From Octopus bimaculoides (lineage: Eukaryota), in contig NC_068990.1 of assembly GCF_001194135.2 (NCBI RefSeq), positions 87,366,487 to 87,430,486 on the forward strand: a stretch of DNA of 64,000 nucleotides, written 5' to 3'. Under the pieces are notes generated by a model. It was given only the letters and a program-made list of their open reading frames with translations. It had not been told where the DNA came from and did not search any database. Below, one piece after another: positions 25,783 to 38,503 of the stretch (its first letter is position 1; the number at the start of each line of letters is the position of its first letter). The position numbers were made by a program, and so were the translations under genes.

Positions 25783-26599
25783 TTCCACGCATGCGACGTT
25801 ACGTCGAAGAATACGCCACTCTGCAGTAGATCTTTGGAACTGAAGGTGTATACGTTGTTATTCAGACTGTGCTTCTTCAAACTGGAAATAATTTATTCCC
25901 GTTGTCATCGATGCATGCAGTTATGCAAATATAGGAGAAAGGAAAAGAGACTTAAGTAATAATATATAATACCTTTTTGAAATTCTTTGTTTGAATCTAC
26001 TGGGGGAAACAAAAAATTGAATGGATAAATATATGCATGCATAATTATTTACGCAAGAAATATAGACAAAGCTGAGTTTAACGATGTTTTCAGTTGATAC
26101 AAGGATGGAATTTGCTTAAAAGAAATGTCACACAAACACGTTGCTCTTCCGAATCCTTCAGTGTTCAACTTGTGGCAAATCTCCAAGTGCACTAAACATG
26201 CGTTCTCTTTAGCACGTGTAGATCGATGTTTAATTGATGTGGTATGCTATGATTATTATTAGGTGGAAGGTCAAGGCCATCCTACACAGCACTACATTTG
26301 CAAGCGAGCTGTGCCAGGTCATGTTTTTCAAAGTTCTGCTTCTTTGTGGACAGGTTCCTCATACAAACATATATACACATTGTCATATACATATATAAGA
26401 CAAAATAAGCAGATCTACAGATGCAAATTACATGCGTGCATACACGTATTCGTATACTTACGTGTACAGATACATACGTACACACACTTATATATACATA
26501 TATACATACATAATACATACGTGCATACATGCATGCATTAGGTTATGTACCATCCAGTTTGTACAAAAACAAAAGAAATACTCGGTTTCACGGAAGAAG

Positions 26600-27110
26600 A
26601 GCAAAAGATTGAATTTAGCTTGAGCAGTTTGATCACTCTGCATCTCAGTAAGGTTTTATTGTTGTGTAATATTAACATCAGCTGTATTTGCCTCAAACAG
26701 ATCTCTGACCCAACTTGGAATATTCATTTCCAGGAAGTCTTTGAACCTAATTACCACACCATTGAGCAATTTCTTCAAATGCTCGAACTGAACAAAAGGG
26801 TTAGAAAATGCATCAACTCCTTTCGCTCTGTATCAATCTGAATAGATAATTAGTATGAATAGATTAATTTTTCCTCGGAAGCACTATCATTGTTTTTGTC
26901 AATTAAAATATTTGTATTTTAACCTCGAAGCCGTTTGTTCAGCGTATTTAACTTTACAAATTTATTTAAAAGATAGAATATGTCACATTTGCTTGCTAGG
27001 ATTTAGAAACGTTGTATCATTGACTCAAAGTTCAACGATGCGACACAGGGAATTACCCTCAGGTATTTTCACCAGATGCATGAACTTCAAAGCATTATCA
27101 TAATAATTAA
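26600..27110 (-). mobile_element. hAT (Charlie/Buster-like) transposase remnant
   Basis: FEHLKKLLNGVVIRFKDFLEMNIPSWVRDLFEANTADVNITQQ*NLTEMQSDQTAQAKF matches the Buster/ZBED5-like C-terminal region. An upstream GNSLCRIVEL resembles WLSKGNCLxR. Confidence 0.7.
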
Positions 27111-27746
27111 TTCATGCGAGACTTTCCAATGACAATTTGATACTATATTTATTAATGATAAATAATTACCTAAGTGCCAAAGGAATCTATTATTTCCTTT
27201 TTCTGTTATGACAGAATAGATATAGAAGTGTATTCTCTATATATGTGTGTCTGTGTATGTTTTTGTGTGTAAATTTTCAATGGTTATGGACAGTAATAGA
27301 AAATTTGTGTGAGAAACAGAGTGACAGTTATGTGGGACACTTCACTGATCCTGTGGCCTCTCTACCCTATTAACAAATTGTTCTGTGGTTCTAGGCGGGA
27401 AATACTACTCTAGGCATTAGTATATTGAACATTCTCATGAACTCCCATATTTATATTAATTATATGTATATATATACCCACAGATACAAACACGCGCACA
27501 CACTCATATATATNNNNNNNNNNNNNNNNNNNNNNNNNNNNNNNNNNNNNNNNNNNNNNNNNNNNNNNNNNNNNNNNNNNNNNNNNNNNNNNNNNNNNNN
27601 NNNNNNNNNNNNNNNNNNNNNNNNNNNNNNNNNNNNNNNNNNNNNNNNNNNNNNNNNNNNNNNNNNNNNNNNNNNATATATATATATATATATATATATA
27701 GACAGTTTGGCTGCTTGTTTCTCTGGAGACTACCAGAATGGTGTGG

Positions 27747-27791
27747 ACGCCTCTGATGAGAAACCCACAAGGTTCGAAAATCGATTAACGT
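27747..27791 (+). ncRNA. Candidate minimal type I hammerhead ribozyme (stem I damaged)
   Basis: CTGATGA (27753-59), stem II gaaacc/cacaa/ggttc, GAAA (27776-79), palindromic stem III AATCGATT, then a UA cleavage site. Confidence 0.45.
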
Positions 27792-28234
27792 TGTTCATCA
27801 TTTTTTCAGTTTGAAGAAAAATGGCTAAAATCTGCCCTGTTTATAATTATACCATATTTCACACACACACACACACACACACTCACACAGGCACACGCGC
27901 GCGCACACATACACTCACACATGTATACACACATACACATATATGTGTGTATATGATTACACAATTATATACGTATTATATACATATTTATATAATGCGA
28001 TAAACCTTGATCAAAATGAAAATCATAAATTGGCAAAAAAATTGTAATTGTTTTTACGCTGCGGAGTCATGACGAACCTGCGCATTAAATATGCATGCGT
28101 TTTTCTTTTGTTATTGAAAACAATTTCTGGGGTGGATTATACACAGGCATTACGTTATGTGAACACATATCCTTACACACATACACACACACAGGTACAC
28201 ATATCATCGCCTCGTCTTGCCTTATAGTCATGTG

Positions 28235-28277
<43 letters not shown>

Positions 28278-29749
28278 CGAATCCGTATCTGCGTCTTAGT
28301 TTATGTGAACTAGAGTTTGAAAAGCTGCTTTGTTTGTGAATGCATTCCTTTATGTCCAGTGACTGAAACTAGTGAAGTATAATACATACGAACATACAAT
28401 ACATACTTTTTATACATACATATATACACACATACACACTTGCATATGTATGTATGTATGTATTTATGTATGTATATATGCTTGCGTATGTGTGTGTATG
28501 CATGTATGTGGTGTGTGTGTGTGCACGTATGTTCACAATGTGACATTGCGCTTCACATGTCAAGACAACATCTGAAAATGACTTTCAGGCTCCAGGATAT
28601 TATATTGTGTGGCTTCAATGCTGATGGGATATCATTGTTTGGGAGAGTGCCGATGGGGGCGGTAGTGGCAGTGGTGATAACGGTGGTGGTGGTGGTAGTG
28701 GTGGTGGGCGTGGGAGTGGTAGTAGTAGGGGCAATGGTGCTAATAGTGGTGTCTGTAGAGTTTATAGTGAAGATGGTGGTGGTGGCGGTGGCGGTGGTGG
28801 GTGGGGGACACTTGTGCTGTTGCTGCTAATACTGCCGAGAGTACCACTTCGGATTCTGCTGTTGGTGGTGATGGTCATGGTAGTGACGGTAGTGGTTGTT
28901 GTGGTGGTGGTAGCTGTAATAAGTTAGTGGTATGATGGTGGCCATAGTAATGACAAGAACAATGGTATTAGTGTTAAGGGAGTTGTTGGTAATAGTGAAG
29001 GAGTAGGAGATGTGGATGATGATGGTGCTGCTGATGATGAGGCAGTGGTAGTTGCAGAGTCTGCTGTTAGTCATGTCTGCGCAGATCCATGGATGGCGAC
29101 TGTAAAAATATAAGTGTGATAATGATGGTGTGGTTGTGTGGTAATGAATGTATCGGGTACAGCTAATGTTGAGCTGATTTTCCCAAAGTGTTCAGGTCGG
29201 GTAGCAGCAGTGATTAATACAATGGTATTGGATATGTGTTGCGATGGTGTCTTCCTCCTCTTTTCTTTACGGCAAGAATTTCTTCTGGACAGCAGGTCGG
29301 ATCTCATGGCATTACTCTACATTTCAGACTCCAGCTTCTTTTCCCCTTACGCGGATAAATAAAGCCTTTTAGAATCCCTATTTGTATATTTTCAACATAT
29401 GTAAAAAAAAAAAAGCAAACAAAAATCTGCATTCCGATGTGTGAGTCTATGAGGGAACACAATAAACGAATGTTTAGAGCGGAGTCTCCCCGCCTAAGGG
29501 CTTAAAAATATTCAGTGGCGCCACGGAAAAATTTGGCAGTTGAAGGGGTAGTATACAGACATAATGAAAAGGCCTACAAAACTACCACTTTGTTTCTTCC
29601 CCAAATTTTCGATTGCTATTTGTAACTCTTTAACATTTATGCGCAAATGCTTACGTACACACGTATACACACAATGCTTTTTCTGTCTTAAGTTCCGCCA
29701 TGACAGAAAATAAAAAGAGGATTCCTTTGACATTTCGATAATAATTTTA

Positions 29750-30550
29750 TTATTGATGAATAACGTATTAAGCAGAAGCCACGTGCTGTCATTGAGTTCT
29801 TGCAGAAAGACTGGTGCAAGCTGATCGGTATCTATGGAAGACTTAAAGTTGTTTACGGAGGTGGCAACATTGACAAAAGCAATGTGCACAGATGAATGGA
29901 TTTTAAAGAAGGGGCAACCAGTATTGAAGAAAAACCACTCAGTGAGAGACCATCAACAACGACCATAGGACGAATTATCAGCGAGAGAATGGATTCTGGT
30001 GGACAGACAAGTCACAATCTGTGAGCATACAGAAATTATGGAATGTTTTGGGTATCGGAAGGTGTGTGCCGAGTGGCCTACCTCGGCAGTTGACACCCGA
30101 TTAGGAAGAGAAAAAGAGGGAAATCTGTTTGAAGCGGTTGAAATTATAGAAGACGCATTTTGTTTACCAATCTGGCGATAGGGGATGAAATATGAACGCA
30201 TCTTTAATGATCCGGAAACGAAGGCTCAAAGCATGGAACGGTGTCACACTTTTTCTCCAAGGAAGTCCAAGAGCCAGCGATGGACACAGAGAATCGTAGT
30301 GACTATATTTGGGGATGATAAGAGTGTCAATCACCTTAATTTTCTAGAAAATGGCTGTGGACAGCAAGCAGTAAATTGAGTCACTTAAAAAGGCTTAACG
30401 AAAACCATTAAGAAGAAAAAGGCGGACAAGAAACTGAAAGAGATCTACATCATAACAATGTTTTACTAAACATATCAGACAAACGGCAAACTAGACTGGT
30501 CTATTGTACAGTTTGGGTCTGGCGCCCTACGACTTCCACCTGTGTCGTCC
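29750..30550 (+). mobile_element. Mariner transposase pseudogene
   Basis: RAVIEFLQK...RLKVVYG, FKEGATSIEEKP, GYRKVCAEW (WVP-region), DPETKAQSME, IVVTIFGD and GLAPYDFHL (SPDLAPxDFHLF motif). Confidence 0.85.
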
Positions 30551-31169
30551 AGTAGAGATAATATGCCTTTGATCAGGGTTTGTCTCAGAGGTAAGCAACC
30601 ACCATATCGAAGGCTCACCTCTTTGTTGGCTCATGGAGGTGAGCGCTGTGGTGGATGGTAGTTGTGTTGATGGTGTATCATAATTGTTTAGTAATAATAA
30701 TTATTGTTGCTTGTTATCCCCTCCCTGCCTTCACCGATGACACATTATACTGTCCATCGATTCCGTTTTTATGTCAGACGCTACCTTGTCCACGGATTCC
30801 GTTTGTCTGCAAGGCAGATTTACCGGCAATTCCTTGCAGGCGTACTTAGAGAACTCGTCGTTGAAATGTAGTAATGGTGAATGTTAAAGCGGTGACGTTA
30901 ATATGCTGTTGTTGACGTAGTAGTGGTGGTGGTGCTGGTAGTTGTTACTAGAATGGTGTGGTCGTAGTACACTCGTATTGGTGATAGTGATGATGGTAAT
31001 GTTGTTGAGGCAACGGTGGTTTGGCTGATGCTTGCGTGGGTGGTCCGATGTTGCGCTGTGTGAAGGCAGAGCGAATGCTAACGCGTCTGCTACAGTTGAT
31101 AGGAATTATCATTGATGTTTATGATAATTTCAATAATGGTGAAGGAAATGCCAGTAGCTATAGTGACAA

Positions 31170-31270
31170 TGGTAGCTGTAATGGCGATGATGATGATGAT
31201 GATGATGATCATGATGATGATGGAGATGGTGGTCATGCTGATGGTAATAGTGGTGATAGGGATGATGATA

Positions 31271-31301
<31 letters not shown>

Positions 31302-31445
31302 GGAGGAGGAGGAGGAAAATGATGTTGCAGTGGATTGTGTCGAAGGTGGTGTTAGCGATGACGATAAGGATGAGAGCAATGATGCTAGCGGTGATGGTGA
31401 TGTCATCGAATTAAGATAATGGTAAAAGTGATGATGATGGTAATT
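31170..31445. repeat. (GAT)n/(GAG)n degenerate triplet array
   Basis: Direct reading. It produces the spurious Asp-rich and Met-rich ORFs. Confidence 0.9.
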
Positions 31446-32225
31446 ATAATGGCGATGTGCTGGAATGTTCATTTATGAAAAAAAAAAAAAAAAAAAAAAA
31501 NNNNNNNNNNNNNNNNNNNNNNNNNNNNNNNNNNNNNNNNNNNNNNNNNNNNNNNNNNNNNNNNNNNNNNNNNNNNNNNNNNNNNNNNNNNNNNNNNNNN
31601 NNNNNNNNNNNNNNNNNNNNNNNNNNNNNNNNNNNNNNNNNNNNNNNNNNNNNNNNNNNNNNNNNNNNNNNNNNNNNNNNNNNNNNNNNNNNNNNNNNNN
31701 NNNNNNNNNNNNNNNNNNNNNNNNNNNNNNNNNNNNNNNNNNNNNNNNNNNNNNNNNNNNNNNNNNNNNNNNNNNNNNNNNNNNNNNNNNNNNNNNNNNN
31801 NNNNNNNNNNNNNNNNNNNNNNNNNNNNNNNNNNNNNNNNNNNNNNNNNNNNNNNNNNNNNNNNNNNNNNNNNNNNNNNNNNNNNNNNNNNNNNNNNNNN
31901 NNNNNNNNNNNNNNNNNNNNNNNNNNNNNNNNNNNNNNNNNNNNNNNNNNNNNNNNNNNNNNNNNNNNNNNNNNNNNNNNNNNNNNNNNNNNNNNNNNNN
32001 NNNNNNNNNNNNNNNNNNNNNNNNNNNNNNNNNNNNNNNNNNNNNNNNNNNNNNNNNNNNNNNNNNNNNNNNNNNNNNNNNNNNNNNNNNNNNNNNNNNN
32101 NNNNNNNNNNNNNNNNNNNNNNNNNNNNNNNNNNNNNNNNNNNNNNNNNNNNNNNNNNNNNNNNNNNNNNNNNNNNNNNNNNNNNNNNNNNNNNNNNNNN
32201 NNNNNNNNNNNNNNNNNNNNNNNNN

Positions 32226-32522
32226 GAGCGAAAACACCTAAAGCTCCACGAGTCTCCGGCAGGGGATGGTGGCGAACCCTGCTGTACTCTTCCACCACAA
32301 CTTTCTCTCACTCTTTCTTCCTGTTTCTGTTGTGCCTGTATTTCAAAGGGCCAGCCTTGTCACGCTGTGTCACGCTGAATATCCTCGAGAACTACGTTAA
32401 GGGTACACATGTCTGTGGAGTGCTCAGCCACTTGCACGTTAATTTCACGAGCAGGCTGTTCCGTTGATCGGATCAACTGGAACCCTCGACGTCGTAAGCG
32501 ACGGAGTGCCAACAACAACAAC
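32226..32522 (+). mobile_element. SINE family B (tRNA-Arg-like, octopus OR-like); 5' end lies in the gap
   Basis: gagcgaaaacacctaaagctccacg...gacggagtgccaacaacaac. Near-identical to 35555-35887. Confidence 0.9.
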
Positions 32523-32950
32523 CTAAGTCACCATAGTCAAGCTGGCACATGATAAAAGATACTCCAGCCGTGACATCCCATCCTCTGTTTCCAAGCCTAG
32601 TGATGTCTCTGATACCAACATCTAAAGTATCTCCATACATATAATACAGGAGGGAGTGATACGAGGGAGTTTGGCTGTTATTTCTAACTGGCCGAGAGAC
32701 CACCATACCTCTACAAAATGCAGCAGGATTTGCAAACTACGTATTAAAACATCATGCGATCAATCTTCTTCAAATTAACCGAGCAACAAGTAACATATTT
32801 TAAAATAATTAACGTTTATGATTAACAGCAAATGACATTAAACTTAATCGCTGTTATCTTGCGTTATCTGTTGTTAGGTACTTACAATCGCACATAGCGA
32901 CAAACGCCAGTAGTGGGCAGTCAATTAATTTGGAATTAACACACACACAC

Positions 32951-32993
<43 letters not shown>

Positions 32994-34334
32994 NNNNNNN
33001 NNNNNNNNNNNNNNNNNNNNNNNNNNNNNNNNNNNNNNNNNNNNNNNNNNNNNNNNNNNNNNNNNNNNNNNNNNNNNNNNNNNNNNNNNNNNNNNNNNNN
33101 NNNNNNNNNNNNNNNNNNNNNNNNNNNNNNNNNNNNNNNNNNNNNNNNNNNNNNNNNNNNNNNNNNNNNNNNNNNNNNNNNNNNNNNNNNNNNNNNNNNN
33201 NNNNNNNNNNNNNNNNNNNNNNNNNNNNNNNNNNNNNNNNNNNNNNNNNNNNNNNNNNNNNNNNNNNNNNNNNNNNNNNNNNNNNNNNNNNNNNNNNNNN
33301 NNNNNNNNNNNNNNNNNNNNNNNNNNNNNNNNNNNNNNNNNNNNNNNNNNNNNNNNNNNNNNNNNNNNNNNNNNNNNNNNNNNNNNNNNNNNNNNNNNNN
33401 NNNNNNNNNNNNNNNNNNNNNNNNNNNNNNNNNNNNNNNNNNNNNNNNNNNNNNNNNNNNNNNNNNNNNNNNNNNNNNNNNNNNNNNNNNNNNNNNNNCA
33501 AAAAAAAAACAAAAAAACAAACAAAACCCCTCTTCAGATGCCGAATCTGCAACGCGATTTCGAACTTAGGCAACAGGTTTGTTTCACTTCGTTGAACTTT
33601 TTTTCAGCTCACTTACACCATGTATGAATTCATGGATATCATAACCCTCCAAAGGAGCTTCCAAATTTGCCCTGACTGAAAATAGCAGTCAAATCTTCAA
33701 TTCTCACCTTACCGTCTTCATAAAGGAAGAACATATTGAATACTTTAATCTGGGGAACATAATACCTGGAAGCATACCGGATGGTCATGAACGGAATGTC
33801 TTTGAGTATGTGTTTGCATAATCAGGCTATGAAGCTTAAAAAAGAAAAAAACAACATTAATGTCGCCATGTAATCGCCCCTTCTTCGTGACGTATTAAAA
33901 GGGAATGGAAAATAAATCAAAGATTTCACTTAGGAATACTTTGAAATGTTTTACAATGAACTAAACGACCTTCTTAATTAGATCTCAGAAAGAATTTATT
34001 TAATCAGACAGAGAAAATATTCTTTCCATTCGCCTACATATTTCTAGATAATTCTTGGCCTCTCAGAAAACTCTAGTCACACAACAGCTATAATTTAATA
34101 GACACTCGTCTAATAACATTTTTCTAATAAAAATAATATGCATTTTACTGCGTATTAATAGAAATCATCAGTCGTTTTTTTTCCCCTTTAATCTACGCAC
34201 GGAGTAGCTGTGTTGATGGGGGTCGGTAAAATAATAGCCAATAACAGGGATCAATAAAACTGATTACACCTTCTTCCGAAAATGTCTAGCATTGTGTCTA
34301 GCTTCGATATCCTTATCATTTAAGAAGAATTAGA

Positions 34335-34677
34335 GCAGTGATTTGGCGAAATCGTTGAGAAAAAAAAATGTCTTGCGTTATTCATTCCGGTTTATTAGGT
34401 TCTGAGCTCAAATCCCGCTGAGGTCGGCTCTGCCTTTCATTTCTCAGAGGTCGATATAATAAAGTACCAATCAAGTACTGGGATCGATGTAATTGTCTAA
34501 CCCACCTTCCACTAACTCTACTGGCTTTGCCTTTCATCCTTTCGGGGTCGATTAAATAAATACCAGTTACGCACTGGGGTTGATATAATCGACTTAATCC
34601 GTTTGTCTGTCCTTGTTTGTCCCCTCTGTGTGTAGCCCCTTGTGGGCAGTAAAGAAATAAGAAACGTTAGCACACCG
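34335..34677 (+). mobile_element. Old SINE A copy followed by a younger SINE A 3' half and the start of a second head
   Basis: 34525-34660 is near-consensus. Junction aagaaataa|gaaacgttagcac at 34660/34661. Confidence 0.85.
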
Positions 34678-34941
34678 AAGACCTTGCTTAGATACTTGCA
34701 ACAGTATGAACCTCGCTAACGACATCGAAGGGTGGAAATGTTAAACCGGGTGGCGTATTAAGTATAATACACCGAAGCTAAGTGCTATAGCATCGATCAC
34801 CCTGATCGGGAAGAGCTAAAAAGGTGATGAGCATTGGTTCTCCTCCTTATAGTATTATGTGAGGGTGTATGTGTATATTTACATGTATGTATGTGTGTCT
34901 ATATCTCGCTCTCTCCCTCTCTCTCTCTCTCTCTCGCTTTC

Positions 34942-35155
34942 TACAGGGTGTCCACAAAGTCTGGGTACATGTGGATTAACACATACTTCAAGAAATTATC
35001 ATTTCTTATATATAATTGTTTGTTATGATTTTATTTACTCCATGTACCCACATGGAGATTAACACATGCTTTAAGAAATTATTATTTCTTATATTTAATT
35101 GTTTATGTTATGATTTTATTTACTCCGTGTACCCAGACTTTGTGGACACCCTGTA
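34942..35155. mobile_element. Tc1/mariner-type MITE with 28-bp perfect TIRs including TA
   Basis: tacagggtgtccacaaagtctgggtaca ... tgtacccagactttgtggacaccctgta. The interior is two diverged ~80-bp direct copies. Confidence 0.9.
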
Positions 35156-35505
35156 TATACACATATATATATATTCTGAAAGTGAGAGAGACAGAGAGGG
35201 AGAGCGGCTGACATATGAAGAGATAACGATAGATAGAGAGAAAGATAATGAGGTTGAGGTGACAGATAGGGATAGAATGAATGCGGGTGTTTGCTCTCGT
35301 CTTGATACATCTTGATAACTTGCGTCGTCTAATCGAGATTAATTTGTGTCACACGTTCCATTCACTGCTGTTGTCTCTGCACTAAAAATTAAATCACGTT
35401 TCTGTCAAGATTAATTGACAGAAAAGGTAGTCCGGATAGCGCATTACCAGCACTAACAGTATAGTATACGCCAGAATATCAGTAGATGAACACTACATAT
35501 TGGTT

Positions 35506-35545
<40 letters not shown>

Positions 35546-35554
35546 TGCTATGTT

Positions 35555-35887
35555 GAGGCGCAATGGCCCAGTGGTTAGGGCGTTCTGAGTGTTTATTGAG
35601 CGAAAACACCTAAAGCTCCACGAGACTCCGGCAGGGGATGGTGGCGAACCCTGCTGTACTCTTTCCCCACAACTTTCTCTCACTCTTACTTCCTGTTTCT
35701 GTTGTGCCTGTAATTCAAAGGGTCAGCCTTGTCACACTGTGTCACGCTGAATCTCCCCGAGAACTACGTTAAGGGTACACGTGTCTGCGGAGTGCTCAGC
35801 CACTTTCGCGTTAAATTCACGAGCAGGCTGTTCCGTTGATCGGATCAACTGGAACCCTCGACGTCGTAAGCGACGGAGTGCCAACAA
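35555..35887 (+). mobile_element. SINE family B with deletion in the tRNA head and a 13-bp TSD
   Basis: atttatgctatgt at 35541-35553 and 35887-35899. Confidence 0.9.
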
Positions 35888-36229
35888 TTTATGCTATGTA
35901 GTAATTTTTATGCAACCCAGCAGCTGATAAGAGGTTTCCAACGAGCCATTCACTGGTTCGCCACATTTTTCGGACGGCGAAATTGACAAGGAAACGTCAA
36001 TATATATAAGAAACAAGTTAAAAATAATGGTCATTACATATAATTCCTTTATTTGCGCAAATTTGGCTTACAGCAGTTTCCGGTAGTCATTATACGTACG
36101 TCACTGATAGGTTTACTCAATTGGTCTATCGATCAATTGAGACAAATTGACCGATCTTAGAAAAATTAATGCTACTTTCGTCATAGAGCTTATGAAGTAT
36201 TTGGCCGGATTAATAATCCCTCACTATTT

Positions 36230-36275
<46 letters not shown>

Positions 36276-37164
36276 NNNNNNNNNNNNNNNNNNNNNNNNN
36301 NNNNNNNNNNNNNNNNNNNNNNNNNNNNNNNNNNNNNNNNNNNNNNNNNNNNNNNNNNNNNNNNNNNNNNNNNNNNNNNNNNNNNNNNNNNNNNNNNNNN
36401 NNNNNNNNNNNNNNNNNNNNNNNNNNNNNNNNNNNNNNNNNNNNNNNNNNNNNNNNNNNNNNNNNNNNNNNNNNNNNNNNNNNNNNNNNNNNNNNNNNNN
36501 NNNNNNNNNNNNNNNNNNNNNNNNNNNNNNNNNNNNNNNNNNNNNNNNNNNNNNNNNNNNNNNNNNNNNNNNNNNNNNNNNNNNNNNNNNNNNNNNNNNN
36601 NNNNNNNNNNNNNNNNNNNNNNNNNNNNNNNNNNNNNNNNNNNNNNNNNNNNNNNNNNNNNNNNNNNNNNNNNNNNNNNNNNNNNNNNNNNNNNNNNNNN
36701 NNNNNNNNNNNNNNNNNNNNNNNNNNNNNNNNNNNNNNNNNNNNNNNNNNNNNNNNNNNNNNNNNNNNNNNNNNNNNNNNNNNNNNNNNNNNNNNNNNNN
36801 NNNNNNNNNNNNNNNNNNNNNNNNNNNNNNNNNNNNNNNNNNNNNNNNNNNNNNNNNNNNNNNNNNNNNNNNNNNNNNNNNNNNNNNNNNNNNNNNNNNN
36901 NNNNNNNNNNNNNNNNNNNNNNNNNNNNNNNNNNNNNNNNNNNNNNNNNNNNNNNNNNNNNNNNNNNNNNNNNNNNNNNNNNNNNNNNNNNNNNNNNNNN
37001 NNNNNNNNNNNNNNNNNNNNNNNNNNNNNNNNNNNNNNNNNNNNNNNNNNNNNNNNNNNNNNNNNNNNNNNNNNNNNNNNNNNNNNNNNNNNNNNNNNNN
37101 NNNNNNNNNNNNNNNNNNNNNNNNNNNATTTATTTATTTATTTATTTATTTATGTGTGTGTATA

Positions 37165-37385
37165 TGTTTGTGCGTCTGTGTTTGTTGCCCCAACATCGCT
37201 TGACAGCCGATGTTGGTGAATTGAGGTCCCCGTAACTTCGCGGTTCGGCAAAATAGACCGATAGAATAAGTACTAGGCTTACAAAAAATAAGTCCAAGGG
37301 TCGATTTGCTCGACTAAAGGCGGTGCTCCAGCATGGCCACAGTCAAATGACTGAAACAAGTAAAAGAGTAAAAGAGTAAAGAGTA
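37165..37385 (+). mobile_element. Family C repeat with aaaagagt tail
   Basis: gtccccgtaacttcgcggttcggc...cagtcaaatgactgaaacaagtaaaagagtaaaagag. Confidence 0.85.
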
Positions 37386-38436
37386 TAAGGAAGTATAATG
37401 GATGTTTATGAAATTCACAGTTAGTAAAAAACATAGATTTTTCTTTAAAAAAAAGGTATGAGCCACACCACTGATAAAAAAAAATCAAAGGATGTAAAAA
37501 TAACCGACTTGATATAAAACCACGGCATAGTGACGCTAGTATTATTTTACATTTACTGTGATCTAAAATCATAGTAATCTAAAAATAATAACTGGATTTA
37601 AAATTATGGTATCATGAGATTAGTTTCACTATCATTCAACATTGGCAGAGAATCTTTTTATGGTAGAGGGCCATAGTTAACTGTCATCTAACAGGTTGCA
37701 TTAAAAATATTCTATACGACTAAATTTTGTTTATTTTATAAAATGTACTATTCATATAAACTGTAACAAAATATAAACAAATTATAACTTGTATACTTAA
37801 GTTTTAAAATCAATGTTTGTCGTCATAGCAAAACGTACTTAAAAATATGCTCGGTCGCTCAAAAGGGATGCATAAGGTGACAAATCAATGGTAATTACAC
37901 ATGTATGTGTTTCTAAAATATACAGCCAGTTGGAAAGATAGGCTTTTAAAAACATCAACAAAAATCTATTCCAATGTAATGATTTCCTTCCAAACGCTGT
38001 ATTCCTTTGAGAAGGCAGCACGCAATCTTTCGAAGGTCGTACGTTCCCCGCCACTGATCTAAAATCATAGCATAAATTTAGCTTCAATGTAATGCAATGT
38101 AAAAATAACAACCTTATCTGAAATCCAAAACTCTAAGAATCGCCAATTACAGGTTAATTTACATTTTCAACTCATGATATTTGAGACGTTTGTAGGAACC
38201 AGGCAGCCAGCGACAAAGTTTCTGATTTCTGTCCGACCGTTTTATCAGATAAAGTAGGAGAGGGTGGACGTGTTCCAGTGTCTTCGCCTCACAATCATTT
38301 GTAGTGATGCTGAAAGTGTCTTGGGTTACTTCTATTGATAATGACAAAAGTATTAGCCTTGTATTTAACTTCTAATACAAACCAAAGCAATGTAAAGCTA
38401 ACAACCTCATTTAAAATCATGGTATCATGGGATATC

Positions 38437-38481
<45 letters not shown>

Positions 38482-38503
38482 TTATATATATATATATATA
38501 TAC

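Noticed and set aside
26545-26841. 98-aa plus-strand ORF as a host exon
   Set aside because: It is the antisense shadow of the hAT transposase remnant.
31021-31419. Asp/Glu-rich 132-aa ORF
   Set aside because: It derives from (GAT)n/(GAG)n repeats, has no splice or homology support, and all frames give homopolymeric peptides.
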